A DNA stretch of 64,000 nt from Gammaproteobacteria bacterium (GCA_965277715.1 OZ255836.1:2400001-2464000), one strand, 5' to 3'; numbered from the stretch's first letter, positions 53,883-63,881 are shown. The notes: generated by a model not told the origin, from the letters alone. Numbers and translations: made by a program.

Positions 53883-54449
53883 TTAATCTTTAAGTCTTTC
53901 ACTATAAGGATCTTTAGCTGCCACAGATATTGTTAGCCCTATACATTGAACAAAAATCAATATTCCTAACATACGAAACAAAAACCCTTTGTGGCCTTTC
54001 ATCAATAAAATTGCTAAATACTTTTTTGCAAATATATGCCCTAAATTCGATGCACGTTCATAATATTGCAACGCCCTTTCTTTATCTGATGTTACACCAC
54101 GCCCTATATCGTATATCCAACCAAGCCGAAACAAAGCAGGTGAATATTTATTTTCTGCTGCTTTAAGATACCAAATTTTAGTTTCTTCAAAATCACCTTG
54201 CTTCGCATAGAGTTTAGCTAAATAAAATTGCGCCTCTGAAGATCCAAGTTTCGCCGCATGCTTATAATAGAAAAAAGATTTTTCAAAGTCTTTTTCAACC
54301 CCTAATCCCTTCTGATACATCCAACCAAGAAAAACTTGACTAGGGACAGAACCTTCTGCAGCTAGTTTTTTGTATATTAAAAAGGCTTTTTTGTATTCTT
54401 CATCATAGTAATGCTGCTCAGCAATTGTATATTGATCTTTATTTGACAT
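53883..54449 (-). CDS. Sel1-like repeat protein, putative immunity
   Basis: LGWMYQKGLGVEKD, AQFYLAKLY, LGWIYDIGRGV. Confidence 0.85.
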   Translation of the reverse strand: MSNKDQYTIAEQHYYDEEYKKAFLIYKKLAAEGSVPSQVFLGWMYQKGLGVEKDFEKSFFYYKHAAKLGSSEAQFYLAKLYAKQGDFEETKIWYLKAAENKYSPALFRLGWIYDIGRGVTSDKERALQYYERASNLGHIFAKKYLAILLMKGHKGFLFRMLGILIFVQCIGLTISVAAKDPYSERLKD

Positions 54450-54468
54450 AAGTTTAAATGCTCATAGT

Positions 54469-54953
54469 AATTAAACACTACTAGGCGGTTTAGGAGGTAA
54501 AGTTGGATTACTAGGATCAACCGGCGATGCTGGTGGATCATAAGGCTGTTCAGCAGGAGGAGGATTTCGATTAGGAAGTCTGGGTGGTCTAGGCGAACCA
54601 GCCCCCCCCCATCTTGTGCATCATCAACCTGTTTAGAAAGAAGCCTACATAAAAGATATGCGATCATTGCGCCTTTGCTTGGCCTCTTTGGAGGTTTGCA
54701 CTTATCTTTTTCTTTTGGTTTCTTATTATCACTGGTAGAACACTGCTGAGCTGCTAAACCAAATAAATCAAAAAAACCAAATAAATTAAAAAAATTAAAA
54801 AAAGATTAGTGGATTACTCCCAACATAAGCATAAGTATTAATTCCTCCATAAAGACCTATAGGATCACTATTTATATATCTCCCTGTCGTGGGACCGTAA
54901 GTGCGGAAGTAGTTGTAATGTAAGTTGGTTTCACGATCAAAATACTGCCCAGC
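54469..54953 (-). pseudogene. Rhs tip, frameshifted
   Basis: Starts AGQYFDRETNLHYNYFRTY..DPIGL; frame change near the C-run at ~54602 into a Pro-rich tail. Confidence 0.7.
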
Positions 54954-55556
54954 AAGTACTTGCTCCGACGACCACCTACACCAACAAAACCATTTTCACC
55001 TGACACAACAATCACTTAACACACAATTTCCCAGGGACAACAACACACCTCTAAAAGTTTTACCTAGACACACCTTTTCCGCTAAATCACCCCATTTTGC
55101 AAGTACTTTTTTCTTTTAGCCGCCAGTCCCCGATACCAACACCAGGAAACAGCCGGGGATAAACCCCGGCCCTTGGGCGGTGGTTATTTGCATTCCCTCC
55201 AGTACGGATACCCTACTCGGTTGTAGTATTCCTCTGCTTTCATTCGCTCATCACTGCCATTGCTCAGATAATCCCCTTCATACAGTTCGCAAAGATCTGC
55301 GATAAACCCTTTTAACACCCGTTCGGGTTTAACCCCTTCTTGTTCACAACGATCTATAAAAGCTTTATGGTATAGATGGGTAAAATATCAGATTTTAATA
55401 GGGTAAAAATATTTTTTGTTATGATCAGAGCGTGGCAAAAACATCGGAAAAATGAACAATATTATGATCGATAATTTGGGAATTTATACGATCAGAAAGC
55501 GGTACGCTACAAGAAAGTCGCACGCTACAATATTTTTATGAATCTGCGTTCTTATT

Positions 55557-55973
55557 TTAAATATCAAACCCCAAAGAAATTTTTAATTTTGAAAGACGAT
55601 CAAGTAGTTGCCAGTCAAATATATCAGCATAACTAATATATTTATCTTTCTCGCCAAAAATAACTAAGGAAAACCTCCCTCCAGACAAGAACAATCCAGA
55701 CCAATATTGATCGTCTTTTTCAAACTCTTCTAAAATCCCCGCTATTAAATCAGTTCCACATAACCCCTTTTCGTTTTCCAGTCTTAAACAGCAATATGAA
55801 TGGTCATATTTTCCATCAAGCCTTTTGCCTTTAGGTGTTTTTCGCTGACTATTTGCTTTCCATATGCGAAACGGATTAATACCAAGCTTTTTTGCTGCAA
55901 ACTCAAGATTTTCTTCAGGATGTTTAATTTGAAATGAAATTTTAAATTTGTGATTTACCATACCCAAACTCAT
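55557..55973 (-). CDS. Putative immunity protein (DUF4279-like)
   Basis: FQIKHP..LGINPFRIWKA..RKTPKG..G.Y..SY..LSKLKISLGFDI; preceded by a toxin-like tail. Confidence 0.65.
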   Translation of the reverse strand: MSLGMVNHKFKISFQIKHPEENLEFAAKKLGINPFRIWKANSQRKTPKGKRLDGKYDHSYCCLRLENEKGLCGTDLIAGILEEFEKDDQYWSGLFLSGGRFSLVIFGEKDKYISYADIFDWQLLDRLSKLKISLGFDI

Positions 55974-56098
55974 AAATTATTCACACAGGCCTGTAGGTCT
56001 ATTCGTATAATCATCCGCTGGGCCATGATTTACAGAAGGTCCATCGGGATTGCTAGTTATTACATCGTCATTAGAGCAGAAAAAAGAAAAGAAAAAAA

Positions 56099-57124
56099 GG
56101 GGTCAATCGTATTTAATATTTTTCAAACGGTTGCAAACCTGCTCAAACACGCCCTTCAAGCTGCCGTCTGACAGCCCACTCTTTACATAATCAATTGCAG
56201 GAGAAAGGCTACTAACACGACTATATCCAAACATATCAACCAGCGTTTTTAACGGCATATCCCCCAATTGCTGACAACAATATATCGCTACTTTACGAGG
56301 CAGATTCGCCCGTTGTCTCCCCCGCTGTCGCGTAAGTACATCACTCGCGTTAACGCCAAACACCGCTGCCACTACATCGAATATAGCTGCACCGTTTGGC
56401 TTGTCCGTCACAATAAGGGACAAGTCCCCCGATATGTGCATCGACGGTTTTCGGCAATATACGTCTTGAAGGATTTGTCACCCAGTATCGTCGCCACATT
56501 GCCTTTGTTATAAAAACGGCTAATGTCCTCATCAATACCTCGACCAACATATGTCTTATAAGCAACGTAACGTTGTTTAGCACCGAGTGCACTATAGGCT
56601 GCCTCTCGATACAACCATTCTGGTGCTTTGGCTTGGTTGATGTAAGCGTGGTAACTCGACCAGGAATAGCTATCGAGCTTATCCGCTGTTACACCTTTTA
56701 CTTCTATTGGGTTACGATGAATGTAACGGCTTAAGGGTAATAAGTAGTCATCTGCATCCACAATAATCGCTGTATAACGACCGCGAAAAAGAGGCCCATC
56801 CGTGCGTCTAAGCCGGTTGTAGCGTTGTGTGTAGATACCATTGATATGCCGCATGATGCGATCCAGGTTAGCACGAGGGGTTTCGATCAATAGATGATAA
56901 TGATTACCCATCAAACAGTAAGCGTGGATGCAGGCATCAAAGCGTTTATGTGCTTCATTGAGCGTTTGTAGAAATGCCTGGTAGTAAACTTCGCCATGAA
57001 AGATGGTCTGTCTGGCTTTGCCACGATTCATAACGTGGTAGTAGGCATTTTCGTATTGTATTCGAGTAGGTCTAGGCATCGTTTAAATTTATACTATTTT
57101 GAAAATATTAAATAGGATTGACCC
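56099..57124 (-). mobile_element. RAYT-like element type B, full length with both TIRs, frameshift near 56444
   Basis: ORF pieces 56408-57079 and 56103-56441; ~23-bp inverted ends. Confidence 0.88.
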
Positions 57125-57333
57125 GAATGGCACTTCCTTAAGGCGTAAGCAACTGATAGTAAAGAGTTTATTTATTCTTTCTAAGAAACAAAAATGATAT
57201 TTTGAAAGTTGCCGCCAATGATAACCGGGATAGTTTTACAAATATTGCTTTCAAAAACCATATGCCAAGTTATCTTAACCAAACACGTAATACCAATACT
57301 TTCAAATACTTACAGCTTAAGGAAGTGCCATTC
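57125..57333. mobile_element. IS4-type MITE
   Basis: Both TIRs present; inserted after AGGATTGACCC. Confidence 0.85.
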
Positions 57334-57399
57334 AGGGTTGATTCCTTTTACTATTTGATTGATATTAAATTGCATTGACCCCTTTTATGCAGAGCGCTA

Positions 57400-57570
57400 T
57401 CACCTAGACAATAAACTACCCACAATAAATAGAGTGCAGCAAAAAATTAACACTAATACTGAAAAACCCACAAAACCAGATAAGTCACTATTTTCATCAT
57501 ATTGTTTCTTGAACAAATACTTTCCTAAAATATTTCCTATAAGCCTAGAAAAAAAATAAATAAATTCCAT
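57400..57570 (-). CDS. Small membrane protein, candidate cognate immunity of the large Rhs
   Basis: Own translation MEFIYFFSRLIGNILGKYLFKKQYDENSDLSGFVGFSVLVLIFCCTLFIVGSLLSR (56 aa). Confidence 0.45.
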   Translation of the reverse strand: MEFIYFFSRLIGNILGKYLFKKQYDENSDLSGFVGFSVLVLIFCCTLFIVGSLLSR

Positions 57571-57620
57571 ACCCTTACTTAAATTTAAATAGCTAAAAAA
57601 ATAGACATATAAAATATACT

Positions 57621-60600
57621 TTATTTACAATGTGGGTTACCAGAGGTTCGGTTACCTAGATACGGAATCGCTGGAAAACGGCCATCCTCATCTGGTATAG
57701 GAAAATTAGAAGCCCCTATTTTACCACTAAATTTTATTCCTGATTTTATTGGGAAAGCCACGTATACAGGACCTGCAGGTATACTAAGATATCCAAGATC
57801 GGCAGCTATATTTCTAACTAAGTTAATAGTATTAGCATGTTGTATCTGTGAATTAGTACTACCTCCATATGGATTTCTCATCATAGGCGCAGTATGTGCA
57901 GGGAAAAATGTACTTGCACCGAATAAGCCGTATATGTCACTCCAATATAGTGGATTCCCTTGAACATAGCCATAAGTATTAAACCCACCATTGAGTCCAA
58001 TCGGATCACTCTGAGTATACCGTCCAGTGGTAGGATCGTAAGTCCTAAAGTAGTTGTAATGTAAGTCGGTTTCTTGATCAAAATACTGCCCAGCAAACCG
58101 CAAATTCACAACAACATCTTTACCGTTGCCATCTGGATCACTTTTACTCAGCGTATCACCAAATGCTTCACCCTCCCAACGCCATACAATATTCCCACCT
58201 GAATCCGTCGCAAAACGGGGCGTCATCAGGTGATCGGTGTGAAGGTAGTAGATTGTATCGCTATCTGCAATAGCATCATATTCAATTTGTGCTATAGGCG
58301 CATAATCCAGCCAGATATAATCCTTTATAGGTTCTCCTCGCTCATTCGTTTCACTTATCAGCATTCCCTGAAAATCATAATGGTAGACGGTGGTGCTAAT
58401 AGTATTATCCGTATTAACCACCACTTTACGCGTGCGCTGCCCCATCGCGTTATGGATGTAAGTCGCCTTTAGTGCGCCTTCGATAAATAACTGATCCCAA
58501 CGGTTCGCGTCGTTATAGGTTCTCGTTTGACTAGGCTGTACAGGCACAACCGCGTTGTTACCCCGGAAACGTTTTTCGACGAAATTAAGCCGGTTACTGT
58601 CAGGCGAGTAGTCGTAACGGGTCATTTCCAAGTCATTTCTAACACGGCTCGTTCGGTTACCATTTAAGTCGTATCCATATGAGTCTGAAGTGCCACCTTT
58701 GATTCTGTCATCTATTAGCCTATCTAAGGCGTCATACTGATAACCACTGTCTTGAGGTGTTGTAGTGCGACTGAGGATATTGCCATTGGCATCGTAACTA
58801 TAGTTGCGTGAGTCGATAGCACCTGTGTTCTGGCTTACCAAACGCCCCTGTAGATCGTAACTACGGCTCTCTTGTAAACCATTACCTATAGTACAACTCA
58901 ATAAACGATTATCACCCCGGTAGGTAATACCGTTAGCTACTGTGTGATCCGAACCATTTATCTCCGCACCTATCGAATCTACTCTGCGCACTCCATCCCT
59001 ATTAATTGTTATCGCTCGACCACTGGGGTAAGTCATGCCAATTAAGTTATCACCGTTATCGTAACGGTAGCGCGTAACATATTCCTGACTTAATTCTACC
59101 TTAGTCATACTGACAACATTGCCATGCGCATCGTAAGCGTAACTGTAGGTGCCACTTTCATCTTCAACACCGCAAAGCCTTCCCGTGCCATAAGGACAAT
59201 TGTCATAAGTGTATGTCACATTCTCAGAACTATCCGGGAACGTTTTCGACACCAATCGCTCAAGCTCATCATAGATATAATCGACAACAATACCTCTTGC
59301 ATCTGTCATTCGGGTTAGGTTATTAACCAAGTCATAGCTATAGCGAATCTCTCCGCGATCTGAACTAGACTCTTTGGTTCTTCTAGCCAACAGATCATAT
59401 TCATAGCGGGTTGTCACACTATTTGGCGCGACAACCTCGGTAACCTGATCACGCGTATCATAGGCATAGCGAGTGGTGCCACTTAGTCTATGTACATTTG
59501 AAATTTTTCTATCAGCCCGGTCGTAACTATCACTCTCAGTATTCCCATTAGGATCAGTGACACTAATACTGTTGTTATTTTTATCCCAACCAAAACGAGT
59601 TATAGAATCCTCATCATCGGTATGCGGAACTGCTATACGCTCCAGACGATTACGGTTATCAAAGTATTGTTGGAGCGTTAAGGCAAGACTACTATCACGA
59701 TTAAGACTGTCAGTTTTAATCAAATTATTATAGGCGTCATACACCATTCGTATTTGCTGGCCCAAGTTATCAGTAACACTTGAGAGCCTCCCTTTAGCAT
59801 CATACACAAATGTCATTACAATGCCGTCCGGTGTAATAGTTTGCGTGTTTTGCCCCGCCTCGTCGTAGCTATATTGCGTAATTTTTACATTACCTGCCTC
59901 ATTCGCCGGTGGAGTCTCAACAACGCGCTCAACGAGCCCCTGGTTATTATAGAAATAAGCGGTGTCCAAACCTACCGGATCAACCATCCGGGTAACAAGG
60001 CCACGAGTATCATAACTCATTGTCGTTGTGTGCCCTAAATGGTTGGTAATAGAGGTAGCATTACCCTTTTCGTCTCTGATCCAGTTAGTCGTGTGGCCAC
60101 GGGGGTTAGTGATTTTAGTTAATAGACTGTGCTTATCGTAAGTATAATTATAAGCCGCTTGATTAAAACTTTCTTGTATACGCAGGATATTGCCTAACGC
60201 ATCAAAATCTTTCTCCATAATCGAACCATTTGGGCGCGTTGTGCTAACAGGCAAGCTATTTTCATCACGTTCAATAGTTGTGGTTCTATGTAAGAAATCT
60301 GTTACGCGAGTTGGGTAGTTTCTATCGTCCGTCTCTTGAATTACTCTGTTGCCGTTAGGGTCGATATAAATATTTTCAACATCTCGATTCAACGGCGGAC
60401 CATCAGCCAACTGTGTAGGTGAGGCAGTTTCAGCATCAGAATCCAGTAACCCTATAACGTGGCTAATTTGAAAACTCAGTGTACTGCCATCTGGCAAATG
60501 GGCACGCTTTACGCGTCCAGAAAAATCGTATTCGTATCTCTTTGTGTTACCGCGTTGATCCGTTTGTGCACTCATCAGGTGAGCTTGCCCTGATTGATAC

Positions 60601-62756
60601 TCAAAGCTTCTCCTGTCACCATTGGGCTCGATGACTGTAACAAGATTTCCGGCTGCATCATGCTCGAATTGCGTAATCCGACCCAGAGGATCCGTAATAC
60701 GATTTATTTTCTCATTGCTGTACTGCAAGCTATAAAATTTGCCAGTAGGGTCCAATATTTCAATTAGACGCTGCTGCACATCGTATCGATAACGGGTACT
60801 GTTATCATTTCTATCCAGCATTTCGACCAGTAACCCAGCGCGATCAAATCGATAGCGATCACCATTTGGCATGCGCCGCTCTAATGTACCGTCCGTTTGG
60901 CGGCTTAAAATGGAAAAGTCCGCTCCGGGAGAAGTAAATGCACCGCGCTGCCCCGAAACAGGCGTAAATACCATGCTGTTAGAGCTGCCATCAGTTAGTA
61001 GAACACGGCCACTGACATGCCCCTCATACAAACGCTGTAAACCACGTAACGCCCAACCCGCGCCAAACACGCTGTCTTGGGCGTTATTGACTATCACTTC
61101 TCCAGTAACAGTTTCCGATCTTCGTGATATAGGAAAGTAACAAGCAATATCAATTTCATAGTCATAAAGACCCGTAGAAAATGCACTGGCATCAAACTGC
61201 AAGGACTGACGTGTCGGCTCAAATTGACCCCGTATGTTGCTAGGTTCAATGCGCACTTCGCTATGCAGCGTCCGCCCCGTAATGACACCACCAACACTTA
61301 AATTCAAAGACATGCTGTCTGGCGGTGGCGCCTGATTGCCGAAACCAGTTACTAAAGGCAGGATAGGACTAGGATCTGCCGCATTTGTATTGTATTCGAG
61401 AGTCAAGGTACGCGTTCGTTGCAAACTATAGTAAGTGGGCAGTGTATGGCTTTCACTAAGATTACCAGTTTCCTTATTAATGACACACGCACCGGATTCA
61501 CCACTGCTGCCACTATCACCACTCCCTGCACCGGGGCCACCACCGCCGCTACCACAACCGCTACCTGAGCTACTATTACTGCTATCCGAACCAGGCTCGC
61601 TCATTGGGGGTTGCGGCACAACTCCATGCCAGGAATTGGCGTGTACAACGCCACCAATTGAATCAATAGTTTGGCCATCACTACTGACCAAACCCTCACC
61701 TACTTTTTCAAACTCACCCGTATCGTGGTTTAAACCAAAAAAGTCCATGCGTGAACCCGGTGGAAAATTTTCAAGATTCGGAAAACTAATCGGCACAGGC
61801 TCTGGGTAACTCACACCAAATGGCTGTATAGCAATATAAACCGAAAGACCTATATCTTCTGGCAATGGCCGTGGCCCAAGCGCTGGATCGTGTATAGCGC
61901 TAATACTGATATCCCCAACAAATGGCTGCCCGGTTTGGTCATTGATGGCCATTCCTGGCGGGATCATCAACGTAACTGGCTCCTCCACATCGGTAAATGG
62001 ACTACTCATCGGGCTACTGGTAATCATGGATATTTGTGTGGGGTTGACTGTATCGGCGCTGGCAATGTCAAGTGGTAATAGGTAAATAGGCGGGGTGAGG
62101 TGATTACGTGCTCCGGGAATCAACTCAATTTGCTCAGGTACGGTTGCAAACTGACCAAGGCTGATATCGACACTGCTACCATCCACTAACAACCTAACGC
62201 TACCAGAAGCAGGGATATTATCGAGAAGGTAGTCCCCATTTTCATCCGTTGTCACCTCGACACCTGCAATCTCTAATCTCACTCCAGGCAGTGGAGTATC
62301 AGCAGTGCTGAGCACTCGACCGTAGAGCTGTGTCACTCCGACAGGCTCTGGCACGGTAATAGTTAGCGATTGCTGAGTATGAAAACGACCATCACTAGCA
62401 GATACCACTAACCCATGTGTACCCACCTGGGTAACTGCAGGTGTAAATCGTAACGTGCCAGTGTGCGTGTCAAAAGCCATATTATTTGGCAATGGCATGG
62501 GGCTGGCATCATAGGTGATAGTTGCGCCCTCGGGGTCGGTAGCACTTAGTTGTAATACCAATGTGTCACCCAATGGCGCGTTTTGATCCTGAACAGCGGC
62601 AAATACTGGTGGCAAATTGCCTGGATCATATGCCACTTCGACGGTGAACTTCTGCGTAACCCGGTGCCCGTATCCATCCTCGACAACCGCCGTTACCGGC
62701 GCCGTTTGCACCACAACTGGTGTCCAACTAATTACACCTTGGGCATCGATATACAT
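57621..62756 (-). CDS. Large Rhs/YD-repeat protein with Ig-like N-terminal domains (probably 5'-truncated)
   Basis: Ig/cadherin-like repeats (ISWTP, LSATDPEG), many YD repeats, RHS core YLHTDHL..NLRFAGQYFD..DPIGL..DIYGL. Confidence 0.9.
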   Translation of the reverse strand: MYIDAQGVISWTPVVVQTAPVTAVVEDGYGHRVTQKFTVEVAYDPGNLPPVFAAVQDQNAPLGDTLVLQLSATDPEGATITYDASPMPLPNNMAFDTHTGTLRFTPAVTQVGTHGLVVSASDGRFHTQQSLTITVPEPVGVTQLYGRVLSTADTPLPGVRLEIAGVEVTTDENGDYLLDNIPASGSVRLLVDGSSVDISLGQFATVPEQIELIPGARNHLTPPIYLLPLDIASADTVNPTQISMITSSPMSSPFTDVEEPVTLMIPPGMAINDQTGQPFVGDISISAIHDPALGPRPLPEDIGLSVYIAIQPFGVSYPEPVPISFPNLENFPPGSRMDFFGLNHDTGEFEKVGEGLVSSDGQTIDSIGGVVHANSWHGVVPQPPMSEPGSDSSNSSSGSGCGSGGGGPGAGSGDSGSSGESGACVINKETGNLSESHTLPTYYSLQRTRTLTLEYNTNAADPSPILPLVTGFGNQAPPPDSMSLNLSVGGVITGRTLHSEVRIEPSNIRGQFEPTRQSLQFDASAFSTGLYDYEIDIACYFPISRRSETVTGEVIVNNAQDSVFGAGWALRGLQRLYEGHVSGRVLLTDGSSNSMVFTPVSGQRGAFTSPGADFSILSRQTDGTLERRMPNGDRYRFDRAGLLVEMLDRNDNSTRYRYDVQQRLIEILDPTGKFYSLQYSNEKINRITDPLGRITQFEHDAAGNLVTVIEPNGDRRSFEYQSGQAHLMSAQTDQRGNTKRYEYDFSGRVKRAHLPDGSTLSFQISHVIGLLDSDAETASPTQLADGPPLNRDVENIYIDPNGNRVIQETDDRNYPTRVTDFLHRTTTIERDENSLPVSTTRPNGSIMEKDFDALGNILRIQESFNQAAYNYTYDKHSLLTKITNPRGHTTNWIRDEKGNATSITNHLGHTTTMSYDTRGLVTRMVDPVGLDTAYFYNNQGLVERVVETPPANEAGNVKITQYSYDEAGQNTQTITPDGIVMTFVYDAKGRLSSVTDNLGQQIRMVYDAYNNLIKTDSLNRDSSLALTLQQYFDNRNRLERIAVPHTDDEDSITRFGWDKNNNSISVTDPNGNTESDSYDRADRKISNVHRLSGTTRYAYDTRDQVTEVVAPNSVTTRYEYDLLARRTKESSSDRGEIRYSYDLVNNLTRMTDARGIVVDYIYDELERLVSKTFPDSSENVTYTYDNCPYGTGRLCGVEDESGTYSYAYDAHGNVVSMTKVELSQEYVTRYRYDNGDNLIGMTYPSGRAITINRDGVRRVDSIGAEINGSDHTVANGITYRGDNRLLSCTIGNGLQESRSYDLQGRLVSQNTGAIDSRNYSYDANGNILSRTTTPQDSGYQYDALDRLIDDRIKGGTSDSYGYDLNGNRTSRVRNDLEMTRYDYSPDSNRLNFVEKRFRGNNAVVPVQPSQTRTYNDANRWDQLFIEGALKATYIHNAMGQRTRKVVVNTDNTISTTVYHYDFQGMLISETNERGEPIKDYIWLDYAPIAQIEYDAIADSDTIYYLHTDHLMTPRFATDSGGNIVWRWEGEAFGDTLSKSDPDGNGKDVVVNLRFAGQYFDQETDLHYNYFRTYDPTTGRYTQSDPIGLNGGFNTYGYVQGNPLYWSDIYGLFGASTFFPAHTAPMMRNPYGGSTNSQIQHANTINLVRNIAADLGYLSIPAGPVYVAFPIKSGIKFSGKIGASNFPIPDEDGRFPAIPYLGNRTSGNPHCK

Positions 62757-62957
62757 ACCTATACATCCGCATGCGAGAGTGCGAGACGCAGGGTTTGGTT
62801 GGTAACCATTTGAAATAGCATATAAAAAAATACTTTTTTCGTTTAACCACGGTCATTACGGAAGCATTTAAAACGCGTGTAATAGCGCCCTATCTTCAGT
62901 ACATTAGATGCCCGTAACTGACGCCATTGATTATTAAATTTAACCAGGCAAACCACT

Positions 62958-63881
62958 ATGCCAAACAGCCGTGCCCGACCCTATCTACTCATTCTGATCG
63001 CCGGTATTATCTGGGGCAGTACCTTTTCGCTGATATTAATCGCCACCCAGGATGGCACGCATCCGCTGGCGCTCGCGACCTGGCAATCACTCATCAGCGC
63101 CGTGGTGTTCGCCATTTTTTGCCTGGCAACCCGTGTAACTTTGTTCAGCATTGCACAGCTTCGCCATTACTCAGTACTCGCGGTTATCGGCATCTGTGCG
63201 CCCAATTTACTCTACTACAACGCGGCCCCCCATTTATCGGCGGGCATTCTCTCCATTACCATCGCCACAGTACCGTTGTTCACTTACGCAATTATGTGGT
63301 TGATGCGCTATGAGTCGCTACAGACAAAACGGGTACTGGGCGTGATACTCGGTATGCTGGCAATTTTATTACTGGTACTACCCGATCAGGGCTTAAACAG
63401 TGATGATGCCAGTTTCTGGATTTTGTTAGTGGTGTTATGCGCGATTTTTTATGCCACTGAAAACGTCTATATTGCTGTTGGCGTCAGCGATGATATTGAT
63501 ATACGTGAAATATTGTGTGGTTCAAATATACTTGCCGCAATTGTGTTGGTGCCCATCACTTTATGGCTGGATGTCAGCACACCGGTTAGTTGGTTGTTGA
63601 CACCTTCAGGGTGGGCGATCTCCGCCACGGCGGTTTTAAGCGTATTGGCTTACACGCTGTTTTTCTACGCAATCAGAACGTCAGGCCCGGTGTTTGCCAG
63701 CCAGTGCGCCTATGTCGTGACTCTTTCGGGTGTTATCTGGGGCATTATTATTTTTTCTGAACAACACACGGTGTGGATATGGTTATCTGTATTGGTAATG
63801 ATGGTGGGTATGGCACTTGTCACGCCCTCAAAACACGATAAAAATACATCAATTGATAACCACACGGGTGAATGCAGGTGA
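62958..63881 (+). CDS. DMT/EamA family transporter
   Basis: About ten TM segments; IIWGSTF, ATVPLFT, GPVFAS..SGVIWGIIIFSE. Confidence 0.9.
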   Translation: MPNSRARPYLLILIAGIIWGSTFSLILIATQDGTHPLALATWQSLISAVVFAIFCLATRVTLFSIAQLRHYSVLAVIGICAPNLLYYNAAPHLSAGILSITIATVPLFTYAIMWLMRYESLQTKRVLGVILGMLAILLLVLPDQGLNSDDASFWILLVVLCAIFYATENVYIAVGVSDDIDIREILCGSNILAAIVLVPITLWLDVSTPVSWLLTPSGWAISATAVLSVLAYTLFFYAIRTSGPVFASQCAYVVTLSGVIWGIIIFSEQHTVWIWLSVLVMMVGMALVTPSKHDKNTSIDNHTGECR

